Positions 33,947-42,696 of a stretch of DNA of 64,000 bases are shown in pieces. Below the pieces are notes generated by a model. The model was given only the letters and a program-made list of their open reading frames with translations, made no database searches and was not told where the DNA came from. Where the stretch lies: the NCBI GenBank assembly GCA_046714195.1, contig JBKKAY010000111.1, forward strand, positions 1,632 to 65,631. The letters run 5' to 3'. Within the stretch, counting starts at the first letter, position 1. Every line of letters begins with the position of its first letter. Both the position numbers and the translations under genes were made by a program. Source of the DNA: Gemmatimonadaceae bacterium (GTDB taxonomy: Bacteria; Gemmatimonadota; Gemmatimonadetes; Gemmatimonadales; Gemmatimonadaceae).

Positions 33947-35650
33947 GTGCTGACCGAGCTGAGGATCCGGAATTTCGCGATCATCGAATCGGTGACGCTT
34001 CCACTCGGCAAAGGCTTCAACGTCCTGTCCGGCGAAACGGGCGCGGGAAAATCCATTGTCGTCGGTGCGCTCGGCCTGCTGCTGGGCGAGCGGGCGAGCG
34101 CGGATCTCATCCGCTCGGGAGCCGACAAGGCGACGGTCGAAGGAGTATTCGACATCGCGAGCGTGCGGGGCGTAGCCGAGCTCGCCGATGCGCGCGGAAT
34201 CGACGTCGAGGACGACACTCTCGTCCTCAAGCGGGAGATTTCGGCCAACGGACGGGGCCGGGCGTGGGTCAACGGGGCGACGGTGACGGCGACCGTCCTC
34301 GCCGAGCTGGGCCGGCGGCTCGTCAATCTCCACGGGCAGCACGACGCGCAGACACTCCTCGACAACGAGTCGCAGCGGCAGATACTCGATGCGTTCGGAG
34401 GCGCGCTTAACCAGGCTGAGATCGTCGCGCGCACACACGCCGACCTGAGCGCGGTGAAAGGCGAGATCGCGGGACTTTCGGCGCGGCGCGCGGAAGCGGA
34501 GCGGCGCGCCGATTATCTGCGTCACGTCGCGACGGAGATCGAGGGCGCCGAGCTTAAGCCGGGGGAAGATGCCCGGCTCCAGGACGAGGCTCGCGTGCTG
34601 GAGAACGCGGACGAGCTCAGGACTCTGGCGACGAGCCTGAGCGAGCTGTTGTCGGGAGAAGAGGCGAGCGTGATGACGCAGCTGTCGGCCGCTGGACGGC
34701 CGCTCACTGCCATCGAGCGAATCGACCCCGCCGCCGCGCGCATGCAGGAGCTGTTCGACGCCGGCTTCTACGCGTTGCAGGAGCTGGCGCGAAGCGCCGA
34801 CCACTATGCCGGCTCTGTAGACCTCGACCCCGCTCGACTGGAAGAGGTTCGCCAGCGGCGCGATCGCCTTTTTGGGTTGCTCAAGAAGTACGGGCCCGCG
34901 CTCGAGAATGTGATTGACGCCGGGCGCTCGGCGCGCTCCGAGCTCGACCTGATCGACACCGCGCAATTCGATCTGGCCAGGCTCACCGCGCGCGAGAACG
35001 AGGTACGCTCACGGCTCGGCGCCGAATCGGAGAGGCTGACCAGGATGCGCTCCGCCGCCGCAAAGAAGCTCGCCAAGGCAGTGGACGAGCTTCTGCCCGA
35101 GCTGGGAATGCCGGACGGCCGGTTCACCGCGGCGCTGGTGGCGCGGGCCGAGCCCTCCGCTCAAGGCGCCGAGGACGTGGAGTTCAGAGTTTCACTGAAC
35201 GTCGGCCACGACGAGCGTCCGCTGGCCAGAGTTGCATCGGGCGGCGAGCTGTCGAGGGTGATGCTGGCGCTCAAGACGATTCTCGCCAAGGTGGACGAGG
35301 TGCCGACGCTGATCTTCGACGAAGTGGACGCGGGGATCGGCGGAAGGGTGGGCTTGCAGGTCGGTGACACTCTCCGCCGCGTGGCGCGGGAGCACCAGGT
35401 CTTCGCCATCTCTCATCTGCCGCAGATCGCGGCGCGCGCGCACCATCACATCGTTGTGGCCAAGGGCGCAAAGGGCGGCGTCACCACCGCTGACATCACC
35501 GTGCTCGAGGGCACCACCCGCGTGGCCGAGATTGCGCGGATGCTGGGGGGCGACCCCGAGAGCAAGGTCAGCCGCGCCCACGCTCGCGAGCTCCTCGAGA
35601 GTGCGACCACTCGGCCTGGCGCTCTAGTTTCCGAACAGCCTCGCGTATAG
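33947..35650 (+). CDS. recN: DNA repair protein RecN
   Basis: L.IRNFAII, GETGAGKS, HGQH, ASGGELSR, FDEVD, SHLPQ. GTG start at 33947. Confidence 0.96.
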   Translation: MLTELRIRNFAIIESVTLPLGKGFNVLSGETGAGKSIVVGALGLLLGERASADLIRSGADKATVEGVFDIASVRGVAELADARGIDVEDDTLVLKREISANGRGRAWVNGATVTATVLAELGRRLVNLHGQHDAQTLLDNESQRQILDAFGGALNQAEIVARTHADLSAVKGEIAGLSARRAEAERRADYLRHVATEIEGAELKPGEDARLQDEARVLENADELRTLATSLSELLSGEEASVMTQLSAAGRPLTAIERIDPAAARMQELFDAGFYALQELARSADHYAGSVDLDPARLEEVRQRRDRLFGLLKKYGPALENVIDAGRSARSELDLIDTAQFDLARLTARENEVRSRLGAESERLTRMRSAAAKKLAKAVDELLPELGMPDGRFTAALVARAEPSAQGAEDVEFRVSLNVGHDERPLARVASGGELSRVMLALKTILAKVDEVPTLIFDEVDAGIGGRVGLQVGDTLRRVAREHQVFAISHLPQIAARAHHHIVVAKGAKGGVTTADITVLEGTTRVAEIARMLGGDPESKVSRAHARELLESATTRPGALVSEQPRV

Positions 35651-37306
35651 CCGCAGCTGGATCTGGTCGGTGAAGGCTTTCGGCACGTTGCCCGATCCCT
35701 TCACGGTCTGCCAGTGCAGGTAGCTGACCTCGAACGGCGTGCCCGCCTTGTTTCGCTCCACGGAATACCGGTTCGAGAACGAAATCCCTCCACCCACCCG
35801 GTGCTCTCGCTGCTCGGTCTCGAGGTTGAGCGTGGAGGCGTCGAGTGCGACATCGGCAAAACCGGTGACCGCGGCCGGGATGACGAAGGCTCCGGAGTAC
35901 TTGTCCTCTGACTTGCTGCGGAAGACATAGTGGCCGGCGACAGAGAAGAAATCGTTGACTACCAGGCGCGGCGTGGTCTCGAACTCGAAGATATTTCCGA
36001 GGTCGCGGTCGACTCGCTGCCGGCGATAGGCCGGGGCCAGGGGCAGATTCGGGAGGTCGATGATCCGCACATCCTTCTGGTCCGCGAGCTGATTGTTGAA
36101 GCGGACGACGAAGGATTGCCAGAAGCGGCTGCCCACGCCCACGTCTGCGAAGACTCGGGCTTCGAGGTCGGTCTGTCCCTGGCCGGCGCCAATGTCGATG
36201 AAGTTGTCGGGCGATTCATCCTGGCCGGTGGGCAGACGAACTACGCCACCGATGGACGCGCGCAAATTCAGTCCGCGGGGCGACAATTTCTCGGTGGAGT
36301 TTCCGAAGGTGTCGAGGATCAGGATCTTGCCGCCGACATCGATGTCGCCGAAATGCGAGCGGCGGACCGTGCGGATGGCATCGGCGCCGAGGCCGAATTC
36401 CTGGTCGGTGATGATCGTTTGCGCATCGCGGAGCGTGAGCGAGGTCTGCGATGGGAACGGTCCTGTGGTGGTGGCGGCAATGCTGTTGACCCCAAGCGAG
36501 GCGTATTGCGCGCGGAACGCTGCCACCCGCGCCTCTATCGCCATCTGCGCGGCGGTGTTCCGGATCGGAACGAACCTCGAGCTGGAATAGATTCGATTGA
36601 CGTCACCGGCGAAGGCGGTAGAGCTGGCGATCAGCGCTCTGGCCTCGGCTTCCTGCGCCAGTATCCCCGGACAGTTCGGGGACGACCCGGGATTCGCCCG
36701 GCAGGAGTCGATCGACATCTGGAGCGTGGACGCCGCCGCGCCGAACTGAGTGAACATCGCCGCGTTCTGCGCGGCGGCAGGCGCGAAACTCAAAGCGGGA
36801 TTGAATCCGATGTTGCCCTCGGTCCCCGTCGGATTGACCGCGAGGAAGGCGGAGCTCTCGGTGCGGACGAATGGGATCTGGATGGAGACGAGGAAGCGGC
36901 TTGCAAGTCCTGCTTCGATCACCAGCGGAGTGGTCGTTATCTGCGAGTGGAGGTCGAGCCGTGTTGACCCAAGCGAAAGCACGTGCCCAGCATCCCCGGT
37001 CAGCGAGCGCAAATCTCCCTGCAGGCTCGCGAGCGCGGGAAACTCGCGGACGCCAAGAGTGTCCAGCGAGAAGTCGATGCCGATCGGCTCGCGAGAGCCC
37101 TCCGCCCGGCCGGGCGTGTTCGACCCGTACCGCTCGTTGAAGAACGTCCACTGGCCGAGCGTGCTGATCCTCACAGCTCCGCGACTGAGCACAGTGGCAT
37201 CGTCTCCCACGCCGACTACGCGCTGGGCGGCGGCCGGTGCGGACAGCAGCAAACAGGCGGTAATCGCCAGTACTATCGTGGAAACGCGGACGAGGCTCTG
37301 ATGCAT
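35624..37306 (-). CDS. Hypothetical exported protein, probable outer-membrane beta-barrel
   Basis: Signal peptide (AAA/Q), amphipathic beta-strand-rich C-terminal half (FGDIDVGGK, LPTG, G.GQ.D), aromatic C-terminal strand. Confidence 0.6.
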   Translation of the reverse strand: MHQSLVRVSTIVLAITACLLLSAPAAAQRVVGVGDDATVLSRGAVRISTLGQWTFFNERYGSNTPGRAEGSREPIGIDFSLDTLGVREFPALASLQGDLRSLTGDAGHVLSLGSTRLDLHSQITTTPLVIEAGLASRFLVSIQIPFVRTESSAFLAVNPTGTEGNIGFNPALSFAPAAAQNAAMFTQFGAAASTLQMSIDSCRANPGSSPNCPGILAQEAEARALIASSTAFAGDVNRIYSSSRFVPIRNTAAQMAIEARVAAFRAQYASLGVNSIAATTTGPFPSQTSLTLRDAQTIITDQEFGLGADAIRTVRRSHFGDIDVGGKILILDTFGNSTEKLSPRGLNLRASIGGVVRLPTGQDESPDNFIDIGAGQGQTDLEARVFADVGVGSRFWQSFVVRFNNQLADQKDVRIIDLPNLPLAPAYRRQRVDRDLGNIFEFETTPRLVVNDFFSVAGHYVFRSKSEDKYSGAFVIPAAVTGFADVALDASTLNLETEQREHRVGGGISFSNRYSVERNKAGTPFEVSYLHWQTVKGSGNVPKAFTDQIQLRLYARLFGN

Positions 37307-37459
37307 AGATTCTCAAAGTCTGTGAACTGACACGATAGGCGCTCGTCAGTGAGAGACACGCTCGCCTTCGGGGGACGATACCATTGCGGTTCCGGTTTGG
37401 TCAACTTGAATGTCCGTCGCTTGTTACCGTCGTTTTTCGCGGTAGCTTTGACGTTGCTT

Positions 37460-37532
37460 GCGGGAATAGCTCAGTTGGTAGAGCACAACCTTGCCAAGGT
37501 TGGGGTCGCGGGTTCGAGTCCCGTTTCCCGCT
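37460..37532 (+). tRNA. tRNA-Gly (GCC)
   Basis: GCGGGAA/TTCCCGC acceptor stem, D arm TAGCTCAGTTGGTAGAGC, anticodon loop TTGCCAA, TTCGAGT T-loop; CCA not encoded. Confidence 0.97.
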
Positions 37533-37585
37533 TCGTTTCCTCTCCGGCGTCAGCGCGGCCCACGTCGCCTCGCCTCGCCGTTGCC

Positions 37586-37670
37586 GCTCGGGTGGCGAAA
37601 CCGGTAGACGCGAGGGACTTAAAATCCCTTGGGAAAAAATCCCATGCGGGTTCGATCCCCGCCCCGAGCA
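37586..37670 (+). tRNA. tRNA-Leu (TAA)
   Basis: GCTCGGG/CCCGAGC acceptor, anticodon arm AGGGA-CTTAAAA-TCCCT, long variable arm, TTCGATC T-loop, A discriminator. Confidence 0.95.
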
Positions 37671-37691
37671 TGCAGTGACCATGCGGGCTTC

Positions 37692-38630
37692 ATGAGCGCG
37701 GCCCCCGTGATGACCTTCGCCCCTCAGGCGATCGACAGCGTTTGCCTGATCGTGAACCCGGCGTCCCGGCGCGGGAAGCGGACTCTGGGCCGCGCGCTCC
37801 GCGCTTTCGAAGATGCCGGCGTCGACTGCGACGTCATGCTCACCGAGGCGCCGGGTCACGCCGCTCTGCTCGCGAAGACGCACGCGCACCGTTATCAGGC
37901 GGTGTTCACGCTCGGCGGTGACGGGACGGTGATGGAGGTTCTCGGCGCGCTCGCGCACCGCGGGCCGCCGGTCGGGATTCTTGCTGGCGGAACGGCCAAC
38001 GTGGTCGCGCGCACTCTGGGAATTCCCCTCAACCCCGCTCGCGCCGTTCCGCTCCTGCTCAAGGGCGACGAAGTGACGCTCGATCTGGGCCGGCTCGGCG
38101 ATGGCCGGCGATTCGCGATCGGCGTCGGAGTTGGACTCGATGCCACGATGATCGCCGAAGCTCCTGCCAAGCTCAAGAAACGCCTCGGTTTCATGGCGTA
38201 CGTCGTCGGCGGCTACAAGGCCGTGCTTCGGAACCGCCAGTTTGGCCTCCGTCTCACCGTCGACGGCGAAGTGTTCGAGCTCACGGCGTCCGCGGTTCTC
38301 ATCGCCAATTTCGGAGCGGTGCTCAACGACCTGGTCACATTCGGCGATGGCATCGCGCACGACGACGGCCTGTTGGATGCATGTGTCTTCTCGCCCCGCA
38401 CTTTTCGGGATGCAGTCCGCATCCTCTGGCGCATGATCCGCAAGGATTTCCGTCCTGATCCCTGTCTATTCTACAAGTCGGGGCGAGAGTTCAGAGTGGA
38501 TACGGTGCCATCGATGCCATCACAGGCCGACGGTGAGCTGCTGTCGGGAACTCCGCTCACCGTTTCAGTTGATCCATTGGCCGGACGCTTGCTTATTCCA
38601 AGGGCTCGTCAGGAACAACACACAAGGTAA
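37692..38630 (+). CDS. Diacylglycerol-kinase family (YegS/Rv2252/BmrU-like) lipid kinase
   Basis: IVNPAS, GGDGT, GGTANV, GVGLDA, DDGLLD, QADGE. Confidence 0.9.
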   Translation: MSAAPVMTFAPQAIDSVCLIVNPASRRGKRTLGRALRAFEDAGVDCDVMLTEAPGHAALLAKTHAHRYQAVFTLGGDGTVMEVLGALAHRGPPVGILAGGTANVVARTLGIPLNPARAVPLLLKGDEVTLDLGRLGDGRRFAIGVGVGLDATMIAEAPAKLKKRLGFMAYVVGGYKAVLRNRQFGLRLTVDGEVFELTASAVLIANFGAVLNDLVTFGDGIAHDDGLLDACVFSPRTFRDAVRILWRMIRKDFRPDPCLFYKSGREFRVDTVPSMPSQADGELLSGTPLTVSVDPLAGRLLIPRARQEQHTR

Positions 38631-38645
38631 GAGGTACACAGCAGG

Positions 38646-39887
38646 GTGAATCGAATTGTTACCGCGTCATCGTCGCGCGCACGGCCGGGGCCCGGCACGG
38701 TCCTCGGCACTTTTTTCTATATGTGGCTGCTGGTCGGACTGGTGCTCGGCACTCTCGTGCTCATCGGTCCGGTTCGCTTGCTCACCGAAGGCATGGGCGA
38801 AGCGGGGTGGGAGCAGAATTCCCAGGACCACGTCCTGATCGTCGTGATTCTCCTCTATCTCGCGGTATCGCTCGTGCTGACGCGATACGTGGTCGGCATC
38901 ATGTTCCGGGCGCGCAACCGCAACACGCGGTGGGCGATCGCAGCGGTATTCACCGTCCTTGCCGCGGCAACTGCGTGGCAGTGGTCGAATCCGGCCAGAT
39001 TGCTCGCGGGGATAGCGGGCGGCGGCGAAGGCGGTCGCAGCAACGTCGGCGGTGCCGAGTTCATATTCGGCGCCTACCCGGACGAGGAGAAGCTGCGCGC
39101 GCTGCAGCTGGAGGGAATCACTTCGGTGATCTCACTGCAGCATCCGGGTGTGATCGTCGAGCGCGAAGGCATCAGCGCCGAGCGTGAAGCGACGAAGCGA
39201 CTCGGAATGACGCTGATTCAGGCGCCAATGCTCCCCTGGGTCAGCGACAACGCGGCCTCGCTCCATAAACTCCGACTGATCGCGCGGAGAGGGGAAGGCA
39301 GGTTCTACGTCCACTGCGGTCTGGGACGCGACCGCGTCAACGTCGCCAAGAGAGTGATCGAAGCAGAGGGAACCAGGGTCGCGGTGGCCGGTGACCTCAA
39401 GGCGGCGGCATCGTTCGCGGATGTGACGGAGCCGTTCGCCAGAGGCTCGATCGCGCGCGTCGACAGCGGAAAGTGGATCATCCCGTATCCCGACGAGCAC
39501 GAGATGTTCATCTACCTGCTGGGCGGCCAGGGCGCGCGGGTGGTGTCGCTCCTCGACACTACCGACAAGGCTCAGGCCGAGTGGCAGGCGGAGATGCAAC
39601 GGCAGCTACGACAGCATCTGGTTCCGTTCACCGCGATGCCGCTCAAGCGCGGCGACGCGAGGCGCGCGCGCGAGATCGCTAGAGCTATCGACGCGATGCG
39701 GGAGAACGTCACCATCGTGGCCGCGGAGACCCCGCCACCGAGCGGGAGGCGTCAGCGCAAGTCAGCCGTCGCGGTCGATTTTCTGAAGGAGTACGGCAGA
39801 GTCGATCGGAAATCTCCCGCCGCCAGGCCTTCGTGGAAGCTGAAGGTGGCGCCGCCGGCTTCGAACAGCGCGGCCCGCAGCCCATAG
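38646..39887 (+). CDS. Membrane protein with a Cys-based (CX5R) phosphatase domain and a degenerate second copy
   Basis: Three hydrophobic helices, then GAYP...GITSVISL...FYVHCGLGRDR; the second half repeats PYPDE...VVSLL without the P-loop. Confidence 0.75.
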   Translation: MNRIVTASSSRARPGPGTVLGTFFYMWLLVGLVLGTLVLIGPVRLLTEGMGEAGWEQNSQDHVLIVVILLYLAVSLVLTRYVVGIMFRARNRNTRWAIAAVFTVLAAATAWQWSNPARLLAGIAGGGEGGRSNVGGAEFIFGAYPDEEKLRALQLEGITSVISLQHPGVIVEREGISAEREATKRLGMTLIQAPMLPWVSDNAASLHKLRLIARRGEGRFYVHCGLGRDRVNVAKRVIEAEGTRVAVAGDLKAAASFADVTEPFARGSIARVDSGKWIIPYPDEHEMFIYLLGGQGARVVSLLDTTDKAQAEWQAEMQRQLRQHLVPFTAMPLKRGDARRAREIARAIDAMRENVTIVAAETPPPSGRRQRKSAVAVDFLKEYGRVDRKSPAARPSWKLKVAPPASNSAARSP

Positions 39888-40062
39888 CATCGGGGCTCAC
39901 CGCCCCCCGCAGGTAGTCTTCCGTAAAGCGTGGTTTTCGGGCCCGATCCCTTCACAAGCGATGATCTCGATTCGTCGCGGACTGGCCCGCCTTGTGCCTC
40001 TATGATCCCGTGAACGCGGCGCGAACACGCGCCCTCAAAGCACCCAAAATCAAGGAGATACA

Positions 40063-40584
40063 ATGGACCGCGGAATAGATTTCCTGAAGAGCCAGGTGAA
40101 CAACGCCGTCATGCAGCACCACACGTTCCTGAAGGCGCTCGAGGACCACGAAGGTCAGGCGGAGGATCCGAGGTTTCGTGATCTGTGCACCCGCCACCTT
40201 CCGCATATGCGCGAGCACCAGCGCATGCTCGAGGAGTACCAGGCTCAGCTCGGGGCCGAAGCCGGCGTCGGCAAGAAGTTCATAGGCGCTGCTCTCGCCG
40301 CTGCGCGTGACCTTGCCGACGCCGCACGCGAGAGCGATTTCCTGCGTCTGGTCGGCGACATCGTGATGGCCCGGCAGTCCGAGGACACCTTCAAGACCTT
40401 TCGCGAGGCCGGCAAGATGCTCGGCAATTCCCGGCTCCAGGCGATTGGCGACATCGGCGAGCGCCACCACGACGGCTACGTGAAGGAAGCGAACCGGCTG
40501 GTTCAGGCGATGTTCGTCGAGCACGTGCAGGGAGGCGCTGTCATGGAGCAGACCGTCGCGACAAGACCGAATATCTCGGCTTGA
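40063..40584 (+). CDS. Ferritin-like four-helix-bundle protein (hypothetical)
   Basis: Strong AAGGAG RBS; helical sequence rich in spaced His/Glu (HMREH, QSED, ERHH). Confidence 0.6.
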   Translation: MDRGIDFLKSQVNNAVMQHHTFLKALEDHEGQAEDPRFRDLCTRHLPHMREHQRMLEEYQAQLGAEAGVGKKFIGAALAAARDLADAARESDFLRLVGDIVMARQSEDTFKTFREAGKMLGNSRLQAIGDIGERHHDGYVKEANRLVQAMFVEHVQGGAVMEQTVATRPNISA

Positions 40585-40621
40585 GCGCGCGCGGCCGGCG
40601 AGCCGGCGCTAATTTCCGCGC

Positions 40622-41617
40622 ATGACGGACGTCGTCTCGCTCGCCGCCGAGCTTCTCGCGATTCAGTCCACTACGGGCTCCGAGTCGGCCATCGTCGACT
40701 TCGTGTCGCGCTGGCTGGTGGCCCGTGGCTGGAGCGTCACACTCCAGGAAGTGAGCCGCGGCCGACCCAATATCTGGGCTTCGAGGTCGGGTGGGGGAGT
40801 GACGTTCTCCACCCACCTCGACACCGTCCCACCCTACGTGCCGCCTCGGCTCGAGGGCACCAGGCTGTTCGGCCGCGGATCGTCGGATGCGAAGGGAATC
40901 GCCGCGGCGATGATGGTGGCGGCGGACCGTCTGGCGACCTCCGGCGAGAAACGGGTCGATGTCCTGTTCGTCGTCGGGGAAGAAAAGGGCTCTGATGGCG
41001 CGCGCGCGGCGAACCACCTTGCCACGCGGAGCCGCTACCTGATCAACGGAGAGCCGACGGAGAGCAAGCTCGCGAGCGGAGCCAAGGGCTCCCTTAGAGT
41101 GACGCTCCGCACGCGTGGGCGCGAAGCGCACTCCGCGTACCCGCATCTCGGAAAGTCCGCGATCGAGCCGATGCTCGAGCTGTTGCCGACGCTTCGCTCG
41201 ATCAAGCTGCAGTCCGATCCCGTGCTCGGCGACACCACAGTGAACATCGGAACCATTCGCGGGGGAACGGAGGCGAACGTCATCCCCGCGCACGCCGAGG
41301 CGGAGCTGATGTTCCGGCTCGTCGGAGACGTCGAGCCTCTTCGCAAGAAGATTCTCGAATGGGCGAAAGGAAAGGCGGATGTCGAGTTCGGCTCACACAT
41401 CCCGGCGCAGAAATTCGCCACTGTGCCCGGCTTCGACACCGGACCGGTGGCGTACACGTCGGACATCCCCCTATTGAGCAACTGGGGCGAGCCGCTTCTG
41501 TTCGGGCCGGGCTCGATCCACGTCGCCCATACGCCTGACGAATACATAGATGTCGAGGAGCTGAGAAAAAGCGTCGACACCTATGAGCGCCTGGCCCGCA
41601 CCCTCCTCGCCCGATGA
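40622..41617 (+). CDS. M20 metallohydrolase (ArgE/DapE family), probable diaminopimelate-pathway desuccinylase
   Basis: HLDTVP, GRGSSDAKG, GEE, GEPT, AHT..E; first gene of the asd-lysC-dapB-dapA-dapD cluster. Confidence 0.85.
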   Translation: MTDVVSLAAELLAIQSTTGSESAIVDFVSRWLVARGWSVTLQEVSRGRPNIWASRSGGGVTFSTHLDTVPPYVPPRLEGTRLFGRGSSDAKGIAAAMMVAADRLATSGEKRVDVLFVVGEEKGSDGARAANHLATRSRYLINGEPTESKLASGAKGSLRVTLRTRGREAHSAYPHLGKSAIEPMLELLPTLRSIKLQSDPVLGDTTVNIGTIRGGTEANVIPAHAEAELMFRLVGDVEPLRKKILEWAKGKADVEFGSHIPAQKFATVPGFDTGPVAYTSDIPLLSNWGEPLLFGPGSIHVAHTPDEYIDVEELRKSVDTYERLARTLLAR

Positions 41618-42696
41618 CCGATCTCCCACGGGGGCGCAAAAAGAAATGGCCGGTCGCTGTACTCGGCGCGACGGGCGCCGTCGGCCAGATGTTCGTGCGG
41701 ATGCTCCAGAATCATCCCTGGTTCGAGCTCACCGAGCTCGCTGCCTCGGAGCGCTCTGCGGGCAAGAAGTACGGAGAGGTAACACGGTGGCTGGAGGGCG
41801 ATCCGCCCGTCAAGGGTGTTTCGTCGCGCCGGGTGATCGCGTGCGATCCTGGAGTGGTGAGCGCGCCGATCGTGTTCTCCGCGCTCGACGCAGCGGTGGC
41901 CGGCGAGGTCGAGCTGGCTTTCGCGCGCGCGGGAAAATTCGTTCTCAGCAACGCCAAGAATTTCAGAATGGAGCCCGACGTCCCGCTCGTCATTCCCGAA
42001 GTGAACGGGGATCACCTGGCGCTGCTCGAATGCCAGCGCCGGAACCGCGGCTGGCCGGGCGCGATCGTCACCAACGCCAATTGCTCGGCCACGGTCGCGG
42101 CGGTGGCGCTCGCGCCGCTACACCAGCGGTACCAGATCCGTCAGCTCTTTCTCTCGACCATGCAGGCCGTTTCCGGCGCCGGATACCCGGGCGTGCCGTC
42201 ACTCGACATTCTCGGCAACGTCATCCCGTATATCGCTGACGAGGAGCCGAAGCTGGAGCGCGAGATGCTCAAGCTGCTCGGGACTTATGCTGATGACGAA
42301 GTCTCACCGGCGACGTTCAAGGTGAGCGCGCACACGAACCGTGTTCCGGTGGAGCACGGCCACACCATCTGCATGACCATTGGCTTCGAGTCCACGCCGA
42401 CTCCGGAGGAGGCCATCGAGACGATGCGAACCTGGGAAGGACTTGGCAGCACCGCCGGGCTGCCCACTCGCCCGGCGCGGCCTCTGGTCGTCACCGACGC
42501 GCCGGACCGCCCGCAGCCCAAGCGCGATGTCGGCGCGGGTAACGGCATGACCGTGACGGTTGGCCGAGTGCGGCGGGATACGGTGCTCGATCTGCGCATG
42601 GTAGCACTCGGTCACAACACCGTTCGCGGCGCGGCGGGCGGATCGGTTCTGAACGCCGAGCTGCTCGCTTCCACCGGCGCCTTCGACACCGCGTGA
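41614..42696 (+). CDS. asd: Aspartate-semialdehyde dehydrogenase
   Basis: GATGAVGQ, ASERSAGK, NANC, QAVSGAG, HGH, HNTVRGAAG. Confidence 0.95.
   Translation: MTDLPRGRKKKWPVAVLGATGAVGQMFVRMLQNHPWFELTELAASERSAGKKYGEVTRWLEGDPPVKGVSSRRVIACDPGVVSAPIVFSALDAAVAGEVELAFARAGKFVLSNAKNFRMEPDVPLVIPEVNGDHLALLECQRRNRGWPGAIVTNANCSATVAAVALAPLHQRYQIRQLFLSTMQAVSGAGYPGVPSLDILGNVIPYIADEEPKLEREMLKLLGTYADDEVSPATFKVSAHTNRVPVEHGHTICMTIGFESTPTPEEAIETMRTWEGLGSTAGLPTRPARPLVVTDAPDRPQPKRDVGAGNGMTVTVGRVRRDTVLDLRMVALGHNTVRGAAGGSVLNAELLASTGAFDTA

Noticed and set aside
37460-40600. Genomic island integrated at the tRNAs
   Set aside because: No integrase, no duplicated tRNA 3' end noticed, and no obvious compositional shift.
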